Shown: positions 59,636 to 64,000 of the stretch, one piece after another
Layout: the number at the start of each line of letters is the position of its first letter
Numbering within the stretch: position 1 is the first letter of the stretch
Source of the DNA: Verrucomicrobiota bacterium
GTDB lineage: Bacteria > Verrucomicrobiota > Verrucomicrobiia > Limisphaerales > AAA164-E04
Length of the DNA stretch: 64,000 nucleotides
Reading direction: 5' to 3'
Assembly (NCBI GenBank): GCA_047947115.1
Contig: CP170459.1
Span: 4,736,001 to 4,800,000, forward strand
Notes under the pieces: model-generated
What the model saw: the letters and a program-made list of their open reading frames with translations, nothing else
Databases searched by the model: none
What the model was told of the DNA's origin: nothing
Translations under genes and position numbers: made by a program

Positions 59636-61291
59636 ATGCCTAAAGCTTACTCATATATCAGATTTTCTTCCCCCGAACAACACCGTGGCGATTCCTTGAG
59701 AAGACAACGTGCTGCTGCGGAAAATTACATTTCTGAACACCCTGAGTTAAAGCTTCATCTGGACGAGGATGTCTCAATGCTAGATTCCGGAATTAGTGCT
59801 TACAATCAGGACAATGTGTCAAAAGGAGCACTTGGCCGGTTTATGGACACTATGAGAGAGGGTAAAATAGAAAAAGGATCTTATCTACTGATTGAATCCC
59901 TAGATAGAATGAGTCGAGCGGAACCTTACAAAAGTGCACTGCTGCTCTTAGAAATAGTAAAGGCAGGTATCAAAGTTGTCACCTTGTTCGATGAAAAGAT
60001 TTACTCTGAGAATACATTGAATTTCGATAATTTGATCCTTGCCATCTGCACATTCAAAAGAGCTCATGATGAGTCTGAAACAAAATCCAAAAGAATCAAA
60101 TCCGTATGGTCAAGGAAACGCGGTTATGATTCGGTAATTACGAAACGATGTCCTCATTGGTTGGAATTCGACGAAAACGAGGGAGCTTTTAAACCTATTC
60201 CTGAAAGGGTCGAGTTGTTGGAAACGATTTTTCAAAGATTCTGCAGTGGTGAGGGCAAAGACAAAATTGCACGAAGTCTGAATAAAGCTGGAGAATCGCC
60301 ATGGGGAAGAGGAAAAGGGTGGCATGCTTCTTACATTCAAAAGATAATTCGTAACAGATCGGTTATAGGAGAATTTCAACCTCATGAATTATTTGATGGA
60401 AAAAGGATTCCTGTTGGTGAAATTAAATCAGGATATTATCCGGCAGTCATTTCCTCTCAACTATTTGAAAAAGCACAACAGCGCTTAAGTTCCTCCAAGC
60501 ATCAGAAAGGAAAACGTTCAGAAAATTTTACAAATCTATTCTCGGGTTTGGTTTACAGCGGCTTGACAGGATCATCAGTGATCTATGTTTCAAAGGGATC
60601 TAAAAAAACACAGAAATACTTGGTCTCCAGTGACGCAAAATCAGGCCTTGGTGAAAAATATGTCAGTTGGAGATATGATGCTTTTGAAATCTCGTTCTTA
60701 ACTAGCCTCCGCGAGTTGGATTTAAACTCCCTGCTCCCACCTCTTGAGCAAGCTGATAATAAATCTACGGAAGAAATAGCCAAAATTAACCAGAATCTTG
60801 CCTGTATTGAGAAAAGTCTAAAAAATATCCAAGATGGAATTGAGCGCGGCTCCAAAAAAGTCACAACACTCGTAAACCGAATGGCTGAACTGGAAGAAGA
60901 ACGAGCAATAATTTTAGAGAATCTGCAAGTTTTGCAAGATGAAATCGAAACACAAAATGCCATAAAAGCGACAGTAACAAATGCATCAATAGACATTAAA
61001 AGCCTAATCGAAGACCGTTTCAAGCCGGATATTCGCAAAAAACTATATGTTGAAATCCATAATTTAGTTGGAAAAATCGAGATTTTTTTTGAAAACAGCC
61101 CTTTTACAGCATCGGACGGCCTTGCATCGGAACATCCAGATCTACCACAACTTATTGCTGGAAGGTGTTTTGTGATTCATTTCAAATCCTTTAATTACTC
61201 CAAAGCCTGTTTTCCATCAAAAAAGGACCCAGCAATAGTACCAGTAATAATTGATGATTTGCGAGTTTCTGAAAAATTAAGAGCAGAATAA
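59636..61291 (+). CDS. Large serine recombinase (integrase)
   Basis: AYSYIRFSS (catalytic Ser), DSLRRQ, IESLDRMSR, ESETKSKR; recombinase domain IARSLNKAG..WHASYIQKII..YYPAVIS; C-terminal coiled coil. Confidence 0.95.
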   Translation: MPKAYSYIRFSSPEQHRGDSLRRQRAAAENYISEHPELKLHLDEDVSMLDSGISAYNQDNVSKGALGRFMDTMREGKIEKGSYLLIESLDRMSRAEPYKSALLLLEIVKAGIKVVTLFDEKIYSENTLNFDNLILAICTFKRAHDESETKSKRIKSVWSRKRGYDSVITKRCPHWLEFDENEGAFKPIPERVELLETIFQRFCSGEGKDKIARSLNKAGESPWGRGKGWHASYIQKIIRNRSVIGEFQPHELFDGKRIPVGEIKSGYYPAVISSQLFEKAQQRLSSSKHQKGKRSENFTNLFSGLVYSGLTGSSVIYVSKGSKKTQKYLVSSDAKSGLGEKYVSWRYDAFEISFLTSLRELDLNSLLPPLEQADNKSTEEIAKINQNLACIEKSLKNIQDGIERGSKKVTTLVNRMAELEEERAIILENLQVLQDEIETQNAIKATVTNASIDIKSLIEDRFKPDIRKKLYVEIHNLVGKIEIFFENSPFTASDGLASEHPDLPQLIAGRCFVIHFKSFNYSKACFPSKKDPAIVPVIIDDLRVSEKLRAE

Positions 61292-61318
61292 CTTTTCCAC
61301 CCAATGATTCGAATAATC

Positions 61319-61336
61319 TCTAAACGGACGTTTAGA
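61319..61336. other. Candidate serine-recombinase crossover/binding site
   Basis: Perfect inverted repeat TCTAAACG-GA-CGTTTAGA with a 2-bp core, between the two recombinase genes. Confidence 0.55.
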
Positions 61337-61373
61337 CTTGTGTTTTTTTCATTGTAACCTTACGATTTTACAT

Positions 61374-62054
61374 ATGGAATCCTTCGTAGCCTATTATCGA
61401 GTCAGCACACAAAGACAAGGGCAAAGCGGACTTGGTCTGGAAGCACAACAATCAGCAGTATCCCAATACATCAATGCAACCGGCGGAAAACTGGTAGAGG
61501 CATACCAAGAAATTGAATCGGGCCGCAACAATGATCGCCCAAAATTAAGAGATGCATTGCTCACCGCAAAAGCCAATAAGGCAAAAGTAGTTATTGCAAA
61601 ACTAGATCGTTTAGGGCGTCGAGCATCTTACATTCTGCGCCTAATTGACGAATCCGGTGTGGACTTCCATATTTGTGATATGCCCGATGCTGACAAATTG
61701 ACAATAACTATATTAGCTGCTGTAGCGGAGCGAGAAGCATCTGATATTTCAAAGCGAACAAAAGTAGCTTTAGCTGCAAAAAAAGCACGCGGAGCAAAAC
61801 TTGGAAACCCCAGACTTGAAGAAGCGAGGGCAAAAGCGTTGAAGAGCAACAAGATCATAAACACCGAACGCCAACAGAGATACAAAACAATCATTTCAGA
61901 AATCATCACTAAAGGAAGAGTCACAACACATAAGGAGATTGCTGAATGTTTGAATGCACGCGGAATCTCTACTGCAAGGGGTGGTAGATGGCATACAACA
62001 TCGGTCAGGAGACTAATCCCCTTTCCTGTTGAAACGTTTGCGGAATCTTTATGA
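61374..62054 (+). CDS. Short serine recombinase (resolvase catalytic domain + short recombinase-type DNA-binding tail)
   Basis: FVAYYRVST, SGLGLEAQ, IAKLDRLGR, ISKRTKVAL, GAKLGNP, IAECLNARGISTARGGRWHTTSVRRL. Confidence 0.93.
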   Translation: MESFVAYYRVSTQRQGQSGLGLEAQQSAVSQYINATGGKLVEAYQEIESGRNNDRPKLRDALLTAKANKAKVVIAKLDRLGRRASYILRLIDESGVDFHICDMPDADKLTITILAAVAEREASDISKRTKVALAAKKARGAKLGNPRLEEARAKALKSNKIINTERQQRYKTIISEIITKGRVTTHKEIAECLNARGISTARGGRWHTTSVRRLIPFPVETFAESL

Positions 62055-62339
62055 TATTTATGACTACGCACTTCTTCATCTTGAAATCCAACCCGCGCAA
62101 AATTGGGACACAGCGATCCACGAATACTTCACGACCATTACAAAGCACTGGTATCACATAAAGAACTTGAACAGTTTTGGATGTTAGATCCAAATTCAAT
62201 TCTCTGATTCTGCTTTCCGCACTTGTTCAAGACATTCAGAAAAATTTTTGAAAGATTGTGTTTACTTGGTCGATATCTCAAAAGAAATGGGTTTGATCAA
62301 ATTAATTAGTCATTATATGCGAAACTGGAGATTCAGTAT

Positions 62340-62445
62340 AAAAAAAGCCGCCCCAGCGGGACGGCAAGAGGATACCACTTGGGATACCCTACGTAATCGA
62401 AATACTTTGTTGTGAAAAGCATTTCAAGGGATAGCTTGATACACT
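62340..62445 (-). ncRNA. Putative tracrRNA
   Basis: Minus strand reads anti-repeat-like AGTGTATCAAGCTATCCCTTGAAATGCTTTTCACAAC, then AAA, nexus-like GTA-TTTCGAT-TAC-GT, hairpin AGGGTATC/GGTATCCT, and terminator GCCGTCCC/GGGGCGGC + T7; immediately upstream of cas9. Confidence 0.75.
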
Positions 62446-62451
62446 GGAGAC

Positions 62452-62480
62452 ACTCTATACATAATTGGAAAGAACGTCAA
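62452..62480 (-). promoter_or_regulatory. Candidate sigma-70 promoter for the tracrRNA
   Basis: TTGACG (62480-62475)-17 nt-TAGAGT (62457-62452); predicted +1 near 62445, at the anti-repeat boundary. Confidence 0.6.
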
Positions 62481-62486
62481 TAACAT

Positions 62487-64000
62487 ATGCAAAATAAAAT
62501 CTTAGGTTTAGATTTAGGTACAACATCTGTTGGCTGGGCTCTGATTCAAACGGGTGATGATGATGGAAAGATTCTCGGTGGAGGAGTACGGATTTTTCAA
62601 GGTGTCACAGAAGAGAAAACAGGGGCATTAAAAAACCAAAAACGGCGCGAAAAACGCGCCCAAAGGCGTAATATCCAAAGAAGGAGCAGGAGAAAAACTG
62701 CGCTTAAAAAAGCACTTACTGTTGCAGGTCTGTTGCCAAATGACGTGCTTGATCCGCATAAAGCTCCAAAAGTTTTAAACCAAATCCATCCTGACCCTTA
62801 TCTTCTCCGATCAAAAGCCCTTTCCACTAAACTTTCAGATTACGAATTGGGGCGTGCCATTTTAAACCTTGGCATGCGCAGGGGCTTTTTAAGCAATCGT
62901 AAAGCAGGAAATGATACGGACAGCAAACATGTCCAGCCGGCCATCGATAAACTGACTCAAGAGATAGAAGACACAGGATGCGCCTCCTTGGGGGATTACC
63001 TTGCGAATCAGCCAACAAAGAGAGGCAGGTATACCCATAGATCAATGTTTGAAAAAGAACTGAATTCCATCTGGGCGGCTCAAAGTCAGCACAACCCAAA
63101 GTTAACTTCTGAATTAAAATCAAAAATTGAACATTACCTGCTATTTCAAAATCCATTAAAAATTCAAAAATTTTTGGTAGGACAATGTGCTCTAGAGACA
63201 AGCAAGAAACGAGCGGCAAAGTGGCAGCCTATAGCGCAACGCTTCAGGATTTGGCAAGACGTCAGCCGAATTAGATTTACTCATACTGGGATGCCACTCG
63301 ATTGGGCTCAACAAAAGAAGCTGGTAGATGCATTGGAAAGTAAACCTAAGCTGTCATGGAAAGCTGTTAGAAAATTAATTGAATTGCCAGATGACACCAA
63401 ATTTAACCTAGAGGAAAGTGGAGCACTCAAGGAACTCAAAGGTAACGACACTAACGTCAAACTAACCAAAGCCCTTTCAAATTTCAACGAATCGCTTTCC
63501 CCTGAGAAGAAATCTAAAATTCTCGATTGGCTCGATACATCAGATACTGATGAATTTTTAATAAGGAAATTGAAAAAAGGTTTTAATTTCGATGAAAAAA
63601 CAATAACTGCCCTGACCAAGTGCAAATTGGCTTCAGGATACCTCCACCTGAGCGTGAAGGCCTGCAACAAAATAGTTGATGCATTTGAAACGTCCAAATT
63701 ACCTCTCAGCTACAGGGAGGCGGCGGAAAAAGCCGGTTATAACCTGAACGAGTTGAAAGATAGCGAAAATTTTCCTAATCGCCTGCCACTGCCGCCTAAA
63801 CTTAGAAATCCTACGGTCGAGAAGACTCTCTCCGAAACGCGCAAGGTCGTAAATGCAATCATTCGAAAATTTGGCAAACCAGATAGAATTCATCTAGAAA
63901 TTGCTCGGGACTTAAAAAATCCTAAGCGGGTTCGAGAAGAAATTCACAAACACAACAGGGAACAGGAAAAACTTCGTGAAAACGCCAAAAAAGTCCTTGA
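62487..64000 (+). CDS. cas9: CRISPR-associated endonuclease Cas9, type II-C-like (first 504 codons; runs off the window, so absent from the ORF track)
   Basis: Manual translation without stops: MQNKILGLDLGTTSVGWA (RuvC-I, D9), GVRIF, Arg-rich bridge helix NQKRREKRAQRRNIQRRSRRK, DPYLLRSKAL, RRGFLSNRK, FQNPLK, GQCALE, RNPTVEKTLSETRKVVNAIIRKFGKPDRIHLEIARDL (RuvC-II, E471). Confidence 0.96.
   Translation, partial: MQNKILGLDLGTTSVGWALIQTGDDDGKILGGGVRIFQGVTEEKTGALKNQKRREKRAQRRNIQRRSRRKTALKKALTVAGLLPNDVLDPHKAPKVLNQIHPDPYLLRSKALSTKLSDYELGRAILNLGMRRGFLSNRKAGNDTDSKHVQPAIDKLTQEIEDTGCASLGDYLANQPTKRGRYTHRSMFEKELNSIWAAQSQHNPKLTSELKSKIEHYLLFQNPLKIQKFLVGQCALETSKKRAAKWQPIAQRFRIWQDVSRIRFTHTGMPLDWAQQKKLVDALESKPKLSWKAVRKLIELPDDTKFNLEESGALKELKGNDTNVKLTKALSNFNESLSPEKKSKILDWLDTSDTDEFLIRKLKKGFNFDEKTITALTKCKLASGYLHLSVKACNKIVDAFETSKLPLSYREAAEKAGYNLNELKDSENFPNRLPLPPKLRNPTVEKTLSETRKVVNAIIRKFGKPDRIHLEIARDLKNPKRVREEIHKHNREQEKLRENAKKVL

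Larger units (their letters stand above)
59595..64000. mobile_element. Serine-integrase integrative element inserted in comM (left part only), carrying a second recombinase, tracrRNA and cas9
   Basis: Abrupt loss of comM similarity, visible drop in GC content, and an integrase gene starting ~40 bp from the junction. Confidence 0.85.

Noticed and set aside
62409..62445. CRISPR array
   Set aside because: Only one repeat-like copy is visible and it is best explained as the tracrRNA anti-repeat; no repeat-spacer periodicity was seen in the window.
62827..63893. Minus-strand ORFs 62827..63219, 63308..63697 and 63699..63893 from the track
   Set aside because: Antisense shadows of the plus-strand cas9 frame, which carries the recognisable motifs.
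62487..64000. IscB or other OMEGA nuclease instead of Cas9
   Set aside because: There is no PLMP N-terminus, and ~400 aa of REC lobe with Cas9 motifs separate the bridge helix from RuvC-II.

Overview
Bacterial chromosomal DNA with a gene repertoire typical of the PVC superphylum, most likely Verrucomicrobia. This is inferred from the sulfatases, planctomycete-type cytochrome c domains, three large heme-binding sugar-dehydrogenase-like proteins and ECF sigma/Ser-Thr kinase/WD40 pairs. The main signal is at the right end and is missing from the ORF track. A comM/YifB gene breaks off just before its Walker A motif (~59595), where an AT-richer integrative element begins. The element carries a large serine recombinase, a palindromic candidate crossover site, a second short serine recombinase, a divergently transcribed tracrRNA-like gene (62340-62445, minus strand) and a compact type II-C-like cas9 (62487 to beyond the window edge). 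No CRISPR array, cas1 or cas2 lies inside the window. Other notable loci: a WXG100/FtsK type VII-like operon in a diderm; a candidate sigma-54 operon with a globin, a NirB-like flavoprotein fused to a His-rich membrane domain and an 11-heme cytochrome; a three-gene cassette with a Gly-rich protein and a putative aromatic prenyltransferase/class II terpene cyclase fusion; a decaying ECF-kinase locus split by a vapBC module; and an intergenic heptamer tandem repeat. All calls come from motif recognition by eye; no searches were run.
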